Positions 10,208-21,954 of a stretch of 64,000 nt of DNA are shown here, piece after piece; within the stretch, counting starts at the first letter, position 1, and every line of letters starts with the position of its first letter. Under the pieces are notes generated by a model. That model was not told where the DNA came from. It was given only the letters and a program-made list of their open reading frames with translations, and made no database searches. Source of the stretch: Naegleria gruberi (Eukaryota); assembly GCA_000004985.1 (NCBI GenBank), contig GG738897.1, one strand, 5' to 3'. A program made the position numbers and the translations under genes.

Positions 10208-11611
10208 ATGCACCTTTTCAAAAGCAAGAATCCATCCAGAATTGTCCCGACCATTGTTTTGTTGGCACTACTACTATTCATCATCATTATTTGTTTTTCT
10301 GCATCTGTCTCTTGTGAAAAGTTGTTTCCCGCCAAATTGTTAAATATTGCCAAATTGCAACATGAGAATAGTTTAACAATTATGCTCGATAATTCTACTA
10401 TTATTATTGAAGCAAATAATACGACAGGTGTGAATGGAACTGCAGATTCAGTCCTTTCTCAGATAATTACTTCAACCTATTTCACAGCATTTGTTTCGTC
10501 CACTTTCGCATCCATTATTGCCATTCTAATAACCTTGGTCATTGAAAAATTTGGTGCTCAAATAGGTGGAATTATTGGCAGTTTACCAACGACTGTTTGC
10601 TTTGCAAGTGTTGGATTTGCATTCCAATTAGATAACCGAAAGGAAAGTGAAATTTTATCAAATGACGAAAGGACACATATATTACTGCAACAATTATTTG
10701 TAATTCCATTGGCGATTTTTTGTAGTTTTTCGTTTTTGGTGGTGTGGAAGTTTGTGCCTGATTTGTTGAATCGTTTCGGATATTTTAAAAAGATTGAGGA
10801 AATTGAAATTAAGGGAAATGAAGAATTGGAAGAATTGGAAAGGCAAGAGAATGTGGATAATGAAATTCAATCATCGAGTATGAATAGTTTGAATTCGGTG
10901 GATGAGCAAGGAGAGGAAAATTTGGAAATGAATGTTCATTTAAACGAAACTATTCAAGAAACCATTGCTGTGGAAAATAACCATGTCAATAATGAAGAAA
11001 ATTCAAAACTGGAAAGAAAAAAGCATTATTTAAAGCTTTTCATTATTTCAGTATGTTCAGTATTAGTCTGGTTTAGTTTGGCTTCAATTGTTGTACTTGT
11101 TACAAAGCTAGTCAACGTTCCTGATCCTGTCTTGATTGGAGTGAGTTGTGCATCTGTTGTAATGGTAGTGTTATCAAGTATTATTTTCAATTGGAAAGTT
11201 AAGGTTCAGTCAGGAACATCTACCAAAAAGGGAATTTCACTTGTCTTACTTGCCTTACGAGGAATTTTCACATTTTCAATTGTTTTCATTTCCATTGTTT
11301 TGAGTGGCTTTAAATTCATTGTAGTTTCTGGATTATTGAGTGTATTTCCAATCATTTTCCTTTCCACTCTAATTTCCCTTTGGCTCTCAAGTGAAGAATT
11401 GACCACAAGCTCTGCCTCCTCAATGATGATGGGAACTTCATCTATTTCTCTATTTGCAATGATCTTTTGTTCGTGTGTCATTTATCATCTCAATATTTTC
11501 TTGGCACTCCTTATTGGATTTGTTACAAGTGTAGCTCTCTACAGTATTCCTTCGTATTTTTATGTGAGATGGAGAAAGAGTGTTGCCATGATGCAAATTG
11601 GTTCAAAATAA
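10208..11611 (+). CDS. hypothetical multipass membrane protein (467 aa) with internal duplication and acidic central loop
   Basis: ATG start. An N-terminal signal/anchor, then two blocks of 3-4 hydrophobic helices each. They are separated by an E/N-rich hydrophilic loop (EEIEIKGNEELEELERQENVDNE...). Confidence 0.5.
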   Translation: MHLFKSKNPSRIVPTIVLLALLLFIIIICFSASVSCEKLFPAKLLNIAKLQHENSLTIMLDNSTIIIEANNTTGVNGTADSVLSQIITSTYFTAFVSSTFASIIAILITLVIEKFGAQIGGIIGSLPTTVCFASVGFAFQLDNRKESEILSNDERTHILLQQLFVIPLAIFCSFSFLVVWKFVPDLLNRFGYFKKIEEIEIKGNEELEELERQENVDNEIQSSSMNSLNSVDEQGEENLEMNVHLNETIQETIAVENNHVNNEENSKLERKKHYLKLFIISVCSVLVWFSLASIVVLVTKLVNVPDPVLIGVSCASVVMVVLSSIIFNWKVKVQSGTSTKKGISLVLLALRGIFTFSIVFISIVLSGFKFIVVSGLLSVFPIIFLSTLISLWLSSEELTTSSASSMMMGTSSISLFAMIFCSCVIYHLNIFLALLIGFVTSVALYSIPSYFYVRWRKSVAMMQIGSK

Positions 11612-11644
11612 GATCTTTCCCTACAACATTCACCTATTTAACAT

Positions 11645-14600
11645 TTATTGATAATTCATAATTTGATACTTGTTGAGGAATAAACCAATTCTTTCAACAG
11701 TACTCTTGTATTTGTCCATAACAACTGGATACTTGTTTGTAATGACAGCAACAAATTTGTGAACAATGGAAAGTGAGGCCAATTGTTTGTGGAAAATATC
11801 ATTATTGTGGAGTGAGAAACCTTTAGAAATGGCTTGATTTTCAATTTCTTCCAATTGTTTAAAGTACATTACCAACAAGTATAAAATTCCCAAATACATA
11901 TATGATACATCGATGGATTCTGTTGGAATTTGGGAGATGATATCCTTCATTTGATCAGCATATTGGAACATGACTGAAGTGTACTGTAATTGATCTGTTG
12001 TTGAGCTTTGATAAAGTCCTTGATTACACATAGTCTCGTGCAACATTAAAATACTGCAGGAAAGAGAGAATAAATCAATGAGTAAAGATAATGGTGATGC
12101 CAAAACAGCTTCTTGATTTCCAGTGTACATTTGCATTCTTGCCTTTGTTTGTCCCTTAATCTTCTTTCTGAGAAGGAGTGAAAGTGTGAGATAAATCTTG
12201 ATATTTTCTGAAGACAATGGTTGTGTGGTGATGGTAATAATTTCATTCGGTATAGTACCAGTGGCATGCAAGTAACTTGTGAGCATGGTCATACCAACAA
12301 AAGATCTGAATGAAATTGTACAATCATCAGGAAGACAAACAGAGTTCAAAGGTTGATTTCTAGCTTGAACAGGTTGAGTAAAATTGACCAAACCATTAAC
12401 GTAATCCAATCCTCTATCCATAATAAATTGAATTTCATCATATTTGAATCCAACATAAACTCTATACTTCATCAATAACATGATTTGATTTGGAACCTTT
12501 GCAAAGACTGAATTTTCATGAGTGAGACCACCAGCATCTTCCTCATCTGAAGAAGCCATACAATTAATATAGGTTTGACTCATGTAATTTGGTGAATATT
12601 TTGTGAGAACACCATCAGCCAATCTCAAATACCTCTTTGAACCTGCCAAGTTTCCAACCGACAATAAATAATGAGCAAGAACAAGATTTCTAGCAACAGA
12701 GTTGGTAGAGTTGATGGTAAGAGATCCATTATTCAAAAGGGATGTCAAGGAATTATCTGGTAAAGGTGGCAATAACAGTTCAGATTTGTGATAAGCCATA
12801 TCAGCTTCAACACTATTGCCCATCACGAGTGCAGTAATGGCATGAATAGCATAGAGAAGTGACATGATATCATTGCCAAAGACTGAACTCATGGCTTCAG
12901 TGCCAAATAATACAGAATCAAAAACTTCTTGTGGAACCCAAGAATAACCAAGTGAAATGTATCTAAAATAGAAATCAAAATATGCTTTTCTAAAGATTGA
13001 AGCATTCATAACAATATTTTGAGTTGAAGCGAATGACATGTTTTGATTTCCAAATAACATATTATTATCCAAATTCATCAACATTGTTGGTACATTTGGA
13101 TTGGAAGTTCCAAGAATATTAATGTGATCTTGAGTAATTTCCTTCTGTTGATTCATCAATAGACCTTGTGAAATGATGGAACTGATGGAAGAGTTGATAG
13201 CATCCATATTGTTTTGATTATTGTTGAAGAAAATAGTTTGATTATCTGGATGGAAAGTATTGTTAGTTTGATTGTCCATCATTTGATGTTGTTGATGCTG
13301 TTGATGATGTTGCTGGATGACAGATTTTGTAGGAGTAGATTTCTTGTTCGATTTCTTTGCCTTCCTTGGGAATGAATAATTTTCAAATGAGCTATCTTGA
13401 TTTTGTTGCATTGAAGAGTCGGCTTGTCCCATGTGAGACTTGGAAGGAGATGTTAATTTTGAAACGGAATTTCTTTTTTGTACATTGGATGTTTCACATG
13501 AACTCTTTCTCTTCTTTTCTGTTTTGGTGTTTTGAGAATTGGATCCACCTGCTTGCCATCTGAAGGTGAAAATTTCAAAAGCGTTAGCTGTTTCCATTTC
13601 ATTTCCACTGGATCCACTAGTTGTACCAGCTGTTGAGCTTGTTGTTGAAATACCTCCACTAGTGGCTGTTGAAATGTTGGAAAAGGTTGAATCGACTGAA
13701 CCTCTCCTAGCTAGTAAATTGAGAGTTCCTGGATTCGTAATTGGTGTCCTCGAGGATGTGAAAAAACTACCTGTTGAACCACCTCCAGTGACCATAGTAA
13801 TACTGGAAACATCATTTCCTGCAGGTACAGGAACAGCTCTCTGATAAACTCTTCTCTGCTTCTTTGGAGTTGTGTAAACACATTGTAAACCTTGCTTTTC
13901 ACAATAGCTGCATTGAGGTAACTTTCTGTCGCTAAAGATAACATCAATGGACAAATAAGGAGTAATAATTTCCAATCAAGATTAATCGTTTGGTTGCAAA
14001 ATATGAAACTTACCATCGTTTGTGTCTTTCTCTGCAACGAGTGCATGCAATTGGGTGCAAGTTTGAACCTGGATTTTCATCGGAGGTTTGTTGACTTGCA
14101 GAATTATCATTCTCCATTTGAGAAGTATTATTGTTACATGTAGTTGTAGTATTATTATTATTGCTATCAGTATTACTAGAATTTTGTTGTTGCTGTGATG
14201 ATGATGATGGTTGGCTACTACCATTAGCAGCAGCAGTCATCAAGTATGCTTGCAAACTTGAATCACCAGCAGCAGTAGCTGTTTGAGAAGCTCCAACACT
14301 TCCAATTAAATTATTAGTATTATTATTTGGTGGGAGTGAATGCAAATTGGAGTCTTTTTTAGTAGTGTTGGTGTTTGTGGTTGTGGAAGACAAACCCGTT
14401 GGCACCTGTGGATGACTCGAGGAGGTTTGAAAGGATTCTGAAATTATCATGGCATCGGAAAGATTCATAGCCGTTACATGTTGATTGTTGTTGGTGTTGG
14501 TATTGGGCAGCAAACCTTGTGGAAGAATCGCCGAGTTTGATGGTTGTTGATGGTGTTGTTGTTGTTCCGAAAGTAATTGTTGTTGTTGGTGATGATTATT

Positions 14601-15077
14601 ATTATTATTATTTGTATTATTATTAACATTGTTTGGAGGTGGTGTTGAAGTTTGGGAGGAAAAAGACAAGAGGAATGAATCAAAATTAGAAGACATGTCA
14701 TTGCTCTGGCCGAATATTTGATTACCTGTTGTTGTTGTTGTTGCATTATTTGCTGATGAGGAAGTTATTGTTGTATTTGCTGTTGTTGTTGGAGTAAAGA
14801 AACAATCATGAAGCATGTGATGATTGCCACTTCCACTACTAACGTTATCGGATATGAGGTGTTCAAACTTTGGTTGATTTGATTGAGAAATATTGGAAGC
14901 TTGTTGGAAAAGTGCCGCCTGTTGAAAGATTAGTTTGGAAAGCATTTCATCATTCGTGTTCTGATTGATTGTCGAGGAAGAGGAGGAGGTTGAATTCATG
15001 AGTGAGGATACAACAATTGATGATGCATCAAATTCTTCTTCTGGTGAGGAGGAGGTCATTCTATCTGAACCAAGCAT
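11645..15077 (-). CDS. Zn(II)2Cys6 binuclear-cluster (GAL4-type) transcription factor, ~1116 aa, 2 exons: 14014..15077 and 11645..13931, intron 13932..14013
   Basis: Exon 1 ends ...PIACTRCRERHKR-tg and exon 2 begins c-gacagaaagttacctcaatgcagctattgtgaaaagcaaggtttacaatgt. The spliced product reads ACTRCRERHKRCDRKLPQCSYCEKQGLQC, an exact CX2CX6CX6CX2CX6C zinc cluster. The 82-nt intron gtaagtttcatatttt...tatctttag is in phase 2. The remainder has long N/Q/S/T-rich low-complexity tracts and a C-terminal globular region. Confidence 0.7.
14540..14650. repeat. coding trinucleotide microsatellite (TTG/ATT-type; encodes poly-Q/poly-N on the minus strand)
   Basis: Visible runs tgttgttgttggtgatgattattattattattatt inside the Zn2Cys6 gene. 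Similar AAT/CAA-type runs occur in the 24825..28724 gene (e.g. 25420..25480). Confidence 0.6.
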
Positions 15078-17706
15078 AGTATGATGATAGTATTCTCTTT
15101 ACAGATAGGTAAGTTGTTGAGTGATTGAGTGATGGTGCTTACTCAGAGTATGAAGTTTGAATCTTTTTTTTCAAAGATACCAAGAAGAATATTTCACTTA
15201 CTCACTCTCTAGTTGAATCTCAAGTATGAAGAAGAGCGAAAAAGAGTCTTACTTTGAATTTAAAAAAAACCCAAAAGAATTGGTTGAGATAATAATAAGG
15301 CTCTTAAAGTCCTGTGATAGGAGGAGTTTTCTCAAAAGCACTTTGAGATGTTATTGTTGTAATGGTCTTATTCAATGACACAATAAAGAAAATTCTATTG
15401 TATCAGAATATTCTCGAATATTCAATTGAATATTCACTTGAATACTAAATGAGGACAGTAACAAGATCAGAGACCTTAATGGTCATAGTATAAAGATGGA
15501 ACGACGATATCGTCGGTTGGCAAGGAATTATGACATTTTTTTCAAAGAATATTTGACAAATTCATTGTCGTATGACATTTCAATAATAATTTAAATTATT
15601 ATTGTGATAATTACAATAACAGTTGATGAGCATGACGAGAATATGAAAAACAAACCTGAATAGATAAAAAAACAGTGAGTGTAATATTTAGATGGATTGC
15701 AAAATGAATACACTCGAGTGAATTGTTGGATAATAAAAATTCGTGATGGCCAACAAGTAGGAGTTGCTGTTGCTGTTGCAGAGATGAGTCTTGCAGGGTT
15801 ATTGTTGTTTTTTTAGAAGAAGAAATTCGCTATTATCTGTTTGCTACATCCTTTGATGAATCTCGAGTTAATCTGTGGTGAATGGTCGTGCACAAACCGA
15901 GAATGTACAGTCCACCTTTGGTTCGGACAAGTGCGTTAAAACTATAAATGGGGACAAATGCGCTAAATGTAAAAAAAGTGATTATGCTGGGAAACAACAT
16001 TATGAAAACAAATGACTTGAAACCAATATCAGAGAGGGTTCTTAAATGAAAGTTAACATGATCATGAACTGGTTCTATAATTCTTCTTCTATCAATGGTT
16101 GAAACTATTGATTCTATTCAACAGAATACACTGAGAATCTTTGTAAATCCATCACGCAATTCCATTCTTATACCAACAATAACAGGTGTTGACAAGGAAA
16201 CCTGTTATTTAGGTCAAGATTACAGTTGGCAAATCGAGCTTATTTCCAAACTTTTTCAAGGATCATTAGTAGCTGTTCGGAAATTAAATCTCAATGTTCA
16301 GATTATTGGCGTTGGGTTTATTTAGCTATTCGTAAGATTGTGCCTTAAATGATACACAGAAAAAATGTCGTTTTAAAGCTTCAATTAAGGAATTAAGATG
16401 AGAATCTTGCCGTCCCATAAAAGTTGGTTAATTTTAAAGATGGTATTATGAAACTTACCTTGAGGTGATCATGCCGATATTATTGAGTGAGTTGATGAGC
16501 AATTTATAGCACATTAGCTTCTCCAAACATATCTCCTTAATGCATTGCAATGGAAAGGCTTCTGGTGTACAAAACCCTTTTCAAAAGGTTTTTTTGAGGA
16601 GGAGGTAATCTAATTGGTGTAATTTGTCATTTAAGGGTTCGAACCGAACTTGACCATGCAAGTCGTATAGTTGAAGGAATGATTAAGGCGAATTGGAGGT
16701 TTTACACTCAAAACTTACACGTTGTATCGAATTGTTGTAAAGTTTAAGAGGAATGGAAATGAGGAGAACCTTCAGCACTTCTTAATGTACGAATCCTTCC
16801 ATTGTGGTGATGACACTGATGTTTAATAGTGATTAGTATTGACAATATTGTTATTGAGGAAGAGTATAGAATGACTACAGCTGGATCCAATTTAAAATAT
16901 TGGGATTCTCTTCTTTCGTGCATTTTCCACTACAACTATTAAAGATTTAATGTCCATTGACAAGTGTTTAATTGATTGTAATCGAATAAATACTATTGAT
17001 TGACACTTACTGATGTTCCAAAAGTACAACTTTGGTTTGACAGTTGTCATGTTGGGAATATTGCAAGATACAACAAATTCAGAAAGAGAACCGGCACTCG
17101 AATCTTTACAAAACTGTTTGGCAATTTACGATTTTTGTAACCCATTTACTCTATCTATTGAGGATCTTCATTTATTTGTAAATTACAGACTTGTCATTTT
17201 GAATATTTTGAATATTTACATGATTTTGCATCTCTAGATATAAAATAACGACATAGAGGTGATGACCTAGATGTTTCTGCACAGTTGAGTTTCATTTTCT
17301 TCCACTTTCTTCCACATTCCTTCTCCTTCTCGTTGAGGAAGTTGTACTCGACCAGAGGGTTTTCGTCGTAATTGTTATAACACAACGAAAACCCTCAAGG
17401 TTTCAAAACAACTTTACAAAGTGTTGAAATTTCTTACTAATTTTCTGATTTTTTCAAAATTCAATCAACAATAAGATCCTCAACAATATAAAGAATCCAA
17501 TACTCCCCGACCAATCAAAAACAAAACCTCAATTCCCTCTCACTTTTATTAATAATCTCATCTTAGGCAATTTTGGAAATAATCCGGCGCGGTAGAAAAA
17601 CGCAAAAGAATGAACTTTAATTTTCAAATATAAAAAAAAATTTAAAAGCAAAGTGTAATTAGCAAAATCATTCCCGATCGTTTATCTATAGAGAATTATA
17701 AAGAAA

Positions 17707-19256
17707 ATGATCATCGGAAAGAGTAGTAGTAGTTTGATGCAAAAGAAGAGTTTGATCTTGATGATGGTCAATTCATTCTCTCGAACAAGTTTGAAATACA
17801 ATAAGAAGCAATTTTCTGCTAATTTATTGTCATTGACCACAACAAGTAATCAATCAGTGAGCAATTCAACATCCTCATCAGTTGAAAATACATTGAGTAA
17901 GGAAATTAGAGAGAAAATTATGGAAAATCAAAAGGTGATTGCTTCTCAATCTGCAAATAAGAAGAAACAAAATCTTGTCATTTTGGGTTCTGGATGGGCT
18001 GGCTTTCGTTTGATTAAAAAGATTGATTTGGAAAAGTATAATGTTAATGTAGTGACTCCGAGAAATCATTTCCTTTTCACTCCATTATTGCCTGGGTCTG
18101 CTTGTGGTACAGTTGAATTGAGATCAATTATTGAACCTGTGAGAAGAGCAGTTCATCACGAAGATTATCATTACTATGAGGGAAAGGCAGTTGCTGTTGA
18201 TACTGAAAATCAAAGAGTTATTTGCAAGCCAAATTATGAAAATGATCCAAATTTCACACTTCCATACGACAAGTTGGTGGTTGCAGTTGGATGTGACGTG
18301 AATGATTTTGGAATTAAGGGAGTAAAGGACTATACCTTCCCATTGAAAGAAATTTCACACGCCAGAACTATCAGACAACAAATTACTCAATGTTTTGAAA
18401 GAGCTTCCAATCCATCCACTCCAGTTCACTTACGTGAAACTCTATTGCAGTAAGTTTTTAAATAACTTTCGATTTTACAAAATTATTTAATTGAAAATGT
18501 AGTTTTGTCATTGTTGGTGCTGGTGCAACTGGTGTAGAGTTTGCTGCTGAATGTCACGATTTGATTAGAGATTTGTCAAGAAACTTCCCTCCAGAAATCA
18601 TGGAGGAGGTCAGTATGACAGTAATTGAGGCAGGAAGTACTGTCTTGTCTGCATTTGATTCTTCCCTTCAAAAGTATACTCAAAAATTCTTCCGTAGAAA
18701 TCACATCAAGATTAGAACCAATCAACAAGTTAAGGAGGTACTATCTCCAAACTCACTCAAACTTCAAGATGGATCCATTATTGAGTGTGGAATGATTGTT
18801 TGGAGTGCTGGTATTAAACCAAGATAAATAGAAATTTCCCAAGGAAGACAACTTCCAATCGATCCAAAAACTAAAAAGATTATTGTGGATGATCATTTAC
18901 ACGTGAAGGGATTTGATAATATTTGGGCCTTGGGTGATATTTCGCTCATTGAAACTGTTCCACTTGCAGCCACTGCACAAGTAGCCCAACAGCAAGGACT
19001 CTATGTGGCTCGTCATTTGAATGGTGAAATTGAGGAGAGTAAGCCATTTGTTTACCATCACATGGGTCAATTGGCCTATATTGGTAATTATAGAGCTATT
19101 AGTCAAGTTGGTGCAGTCAAGAGTGGAGGTTTCTTGAGTTGGCTCTTTTGGAGATCTGCCTACATGACAAGATTAGTCTCAATCAGAAACAAATTCAATG
19201 TCTTACTCAATTGGACCTCAACCTTTTGGTTTGGAAGAGACATTAGTAGATTTTAA
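17707..19256 (+). CDS. type II NADH dehydrogenase (NDH-2, alternative NADH:quinone oxidoreductase, Ndi1/NDE-like), ~498 codons, 2 exons: 17707..18449 and 18503..19256; contains an in-frame TAA at 18825..18827
   Basis: Predicted mitochondrial presequence. Hallmark motifs NLVILGSGWAGFRLIK, PRNHFLFTPLLP, second dinucleotide fold FVIVGAGATGVEFAAE after a 53-nt intron (gtaagtttttaaat...aaaatgtag, phase 2). Further matches: IVWSAGIKPR and NIWALGD. The C-terminus LSWLFWRSAYMTRLVSIRNKFNVLLNW matches the NDH-2 C-terminal helix. Track ORFs 18561..18827 and 18885..19256 are in the same frame and are separated only by a single TAA. Confidence 0.75.
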
Positions 19257-19611
19257 CTTCAATCATGACAGATTTCAATCAATAGGGACTTTTCATTTTG
19301 ATTGAATCTCTAGATAATAATTGAATTGTTCAATAAACAATTCTTATTTTTCAATACACTTCTCAATTAGTTAATATTCCAAATATTCCACTTTATTTAC
19401 CTTAACACCAATATTAAAAGGATTCTCGCTATCCACCTGTATCTTTTGATCTATTCTTCTATTACCTTTTTGGTAATCTTATCCAATCGAATCTGAAGAT
19501 CCACATTCTAAAATTCCATTCACCACTTTAGTCCGAATAGATCCGATTTTAACCATGTGGTTTCATAATTTTATTTGGATCAAATCTTCATTGTTTGATT
19601 GGAATGAAGTT

Positions 19612-19670
19612 TCAAAGTATTAAATATTAATATTATTTAATATTTAAATATTAATATTTAAACTGCAATT
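19612..19670. repeat. AT-only near-palindromic element upstream of the Nudix gene
   Basis: aatattaatattatttaatatttaaatattaatatttaaa has two inverted copies of aaatattaatatt flanking a central ttta. It lies ~40 nt upstream of the 19701 ATG and is a possible promoter or structural element. Confidence 0.35.
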
Positions 19671-19700
19671 GATTGAAATTTTAATAATTTTTAAATAAAA

Positions 19701-20573
19701 ATGCAGCACTTGAAAAACAGCCATAAATTCATCACGATCAGAATTGATCAACACATTAATCCAATGATGAAGAGAATGATGAAGAATTTGGATCATCATC
19801 ACCATAATAACAATCAATTATTATTACTCTCGGAGAAGGCTTCAAATTATCTTCGAAATTTCTCATCATCAAGAATTAAATTATCATCTTCGGAAGAAAA
19901 GAAAATTGAAGATTTGATTAATATTTCCCAAATTAATATTGATGATGAACCAATTACTAGTAAATGGATTAAATTGAGGAGAATGAAGTATATTCAGAAT
20001 GGTGTTTCTAAAACATGGGATATTGCCATGGTCAATGATTCAGTTTCTTGCTTGATTTATCAAAAGACAAGACAGGAATTTATCATTATTAGACAATTTA
20101 GACCATCAATACTTGCTAGACAATTATTTAAGGAAAATCCAATTGTACAAAATGTGAATATTTCATCAGATAAAATTGAATATACTTTCGAGTTGTGTGC
20201 TGGATTGAAGGATAAGAATCTTCCACCCAATGAAACAATTCAGGCAGAAGTGGAGGAAGAATGTGGATATAGAGTACCAATTTCGAATATTCAACATGTG
20301 AATACCTATTATACATCTACTGCTTCAAGTGCTTCAATGCAACATTTGTATTATATTGAAATGGATGATGAGAGTGAATTGAAATGGAAAGTGAGTGAGG
20401 GCGGAGGTTTAGAGAGTGAGGGTGAAATTCTTTTACCTTTCAGATTACCACTCAGTAAGGTTTCCAGTTTCCTTAAGGATGGCCCAAAACCTTCAACACT
20501 GATTTATGCAATAACTTGGTGGTTTTTGGAGAAGGCCACTAAAGAACAACGAGATTTATTCTATTTCAAGTGA
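19701..20573 (+). CDS. Nudix hydrolase, NUDT14 (UDP-glucose/ADP-sugar pyrophosphatase)-like (290 aa)
   Basis: FELCAGLKDKNLPPNETIQAEVEEECGY is a Nudix-box variant of the NUDT14 type (ELCAGL...EExGY). A downstream GGGLESEGEILLPFRLPL resembles the NUDT14 C-terminal motif. The N-terminal ~70 aa are basic/His-rich (possible targeting sequence). Confidence 0.55.
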   Translation: MQHLKNSHKFITIRIDQHINPMMKRMMKNLDHHHHNNNQLLLLSEKASNYLRNFSSSRIKLSSSEEKKIEDLINISQINIDDEPITSKWIKLRRMKYIQNGVSKTWDIAMVNDSVSCLIYQKTRQEFIIIRQFRPSILARQLFKENPIVQNVNISSDKIEYTFELCAGLKDKNLPPNETIQAEVEEECGYRVPISNIQHVNTYYTSTASSASMQHLYYIEMDDESELKWKVSEGGGLESEGEILLPFRLPLSKVSSFLKDGPKPSTLIYAITWWFLEKATKEQRDLFYFK

Positions 20574-20793
20574 TAATTTTGTTCACACATCTGGACTTTC
20601 AAAACTAGCACTTCCACAATATTTAATGAAGAGAACCTTTTTACCATTCTCATACTCTTCGATTTTACTCTTGGTTTCATTCGAATTATTGACCTTAGTA
20701 GAAAAACTCTTTTTATGTTAAGCCAGAAGACTCTTAATAACACTAGTAGTATGGAAAGCTTTTTCTTGCCTGTGGCTTTCAACGCCTAAAAAA

Positions 20794-21954
20794 ATGTGCA
20801 TACATACTACTAACGAAGAAAAGCAACCGCTTATTAGTAATCACTACATAGAACAACAACTAGACTTACATTGTGTTGGAGTCATGTTTGGAAAATATGC
20901 AACCGAAAAAGAAACCATGACTCTACAAACTTTTCACAGAAAAGGAACTCTTTACTTTGTTAATAATTCACACGGAAAAAAAGATAGGTGGAAGATTAGA
21001 ATGTTCATTCCTAAACATAGTACCTCTCTTGACCCTGTACCTAAACTATGCTTTGCATCAAACAAAACCATTTCAGAGCTCGGTATGGATTCCACTTCAA
21101 AATTAACCATTAACGATGATGACTTTATTATTATTGAATTTATTTATTCAAATCCAAAGAAAACTACAAAGAAATCCTCCCCCAAACCACATGAATTATT
21201 TCTAGTACAAAATAAGCAAAAACATTTTCTATTTCCTTTATATATATTTTCAAAACAATGTTTTGATAATATTTATCTTCCAGATTTTTGGGAAATTTTA
21301 GTGATTGAAACATTTTTTATTTATTTACTTAAGGAAGGTGATATTAATGATATTTTACTTTTATGGAGTGCTGTCTTTAAATTTATTGGAAATGATTCAT
21401 TGGATAAGGTTTATTTTGATTTGTATAATTCTAAAAATAATGTTAATGGATTCCTTTCTATTTGCAGAGAAATTTTGAAAAATGATTATGTAGAAAATTA
21501 CTGGAAATATTTATTTGAATCTCCATTTTTTTTATTAATTTATGTGTTGACAATTCCAAATTTAATTGAAAATTTTTCAAATAATTATACTGAACTATTT
21601 CAAACAACATTTCACAAGACTATTGTTTCATTTATTATGCAAGAGGCTTGTAATGCGAAATTAATTACAAATGCTTTAAACGAAATGTCAAATGAATTTG
21701 ATTTTGTGAAAAAATTTAATGATGAAAAACTGAAATATTTTGAAATGTTAAATAACACAGCAATGGGAACAGTTTCACATATTGCTTCAATTAGTGCTCA
21801 TTGTGAACATATTGAAATGTTTAGATGTGTACTTCATCTTCTTCAAAATATTGGACCGTATTTGGAAAAATACCAAGTTGTGACGGAATGTTCAACTCCA
21901 GAAACAAAAACTAAAACTGTTTCACTCCTTGACAAAATCAGAAATTTATTCTAA
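20794..21954 (+). CDS. hypothetical protein (386 aa)
   Basis: Continuous ORF from an ATG in aaaaaaATG context. Non-repetitive, no recognisable motif. Plausible codon usage. Confidence 0.4.
   Translation: MCIHTTNEEKQPLISNHYIEQQLDLHCVGVMFGKYATEKETMTLQTFHRKGTLYFVNNSHGKKDRWKIRMFIPKHSTSLDPVPKLCFASNKTISELGMDSTSKLTINDDDFIIIEFIYSNPKKTTKKSSPKPHELFLVQNKQKHFLFPLYIFSKQCFDNIYLPDFWEILVIETFFIYLLKEGDINDILLLWSAVFKFIGNDSLDKVYFDLYNSKNNVNGFLSICREILKNDYVENYWKYLFESPFFLLIYVLTIPNLIENFSNNYTELFQTTFHKTIVSFIMQEACNAKLITNALNEMSNEFDFVKKFNDEKLKYFEMLNNTAMGTVSHIASISAHCEHIEMFRCVLHLLQNIGPYLEKYQVVTECSTPETKTKTVSLLDKIRNLF

Noticed and set aside
16095-16325. 76-aa ORF in the 15.1-17.7 kb block
   Set aside because: It is isolated, has no homology cues, and its composition is atypical for the coding regions here.
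16600-16660. GGTTCGAACC-containing segment resembling a tRNA T-arm
   Set aside because: No complementary T-stem, acceptor stem or anticodon arm could be built around it on either strand.
18811-18831. 21-nt GT...AG 'mini-intron' that would remove the in-frame TAA of NDH-2
   Set aside because: All supported introns in the window are 41-145 nt. Removing it deletes the conserved IKPR and shortens a spacing that matches yeast Ndi1. It is kept only as an alternative within the finding.
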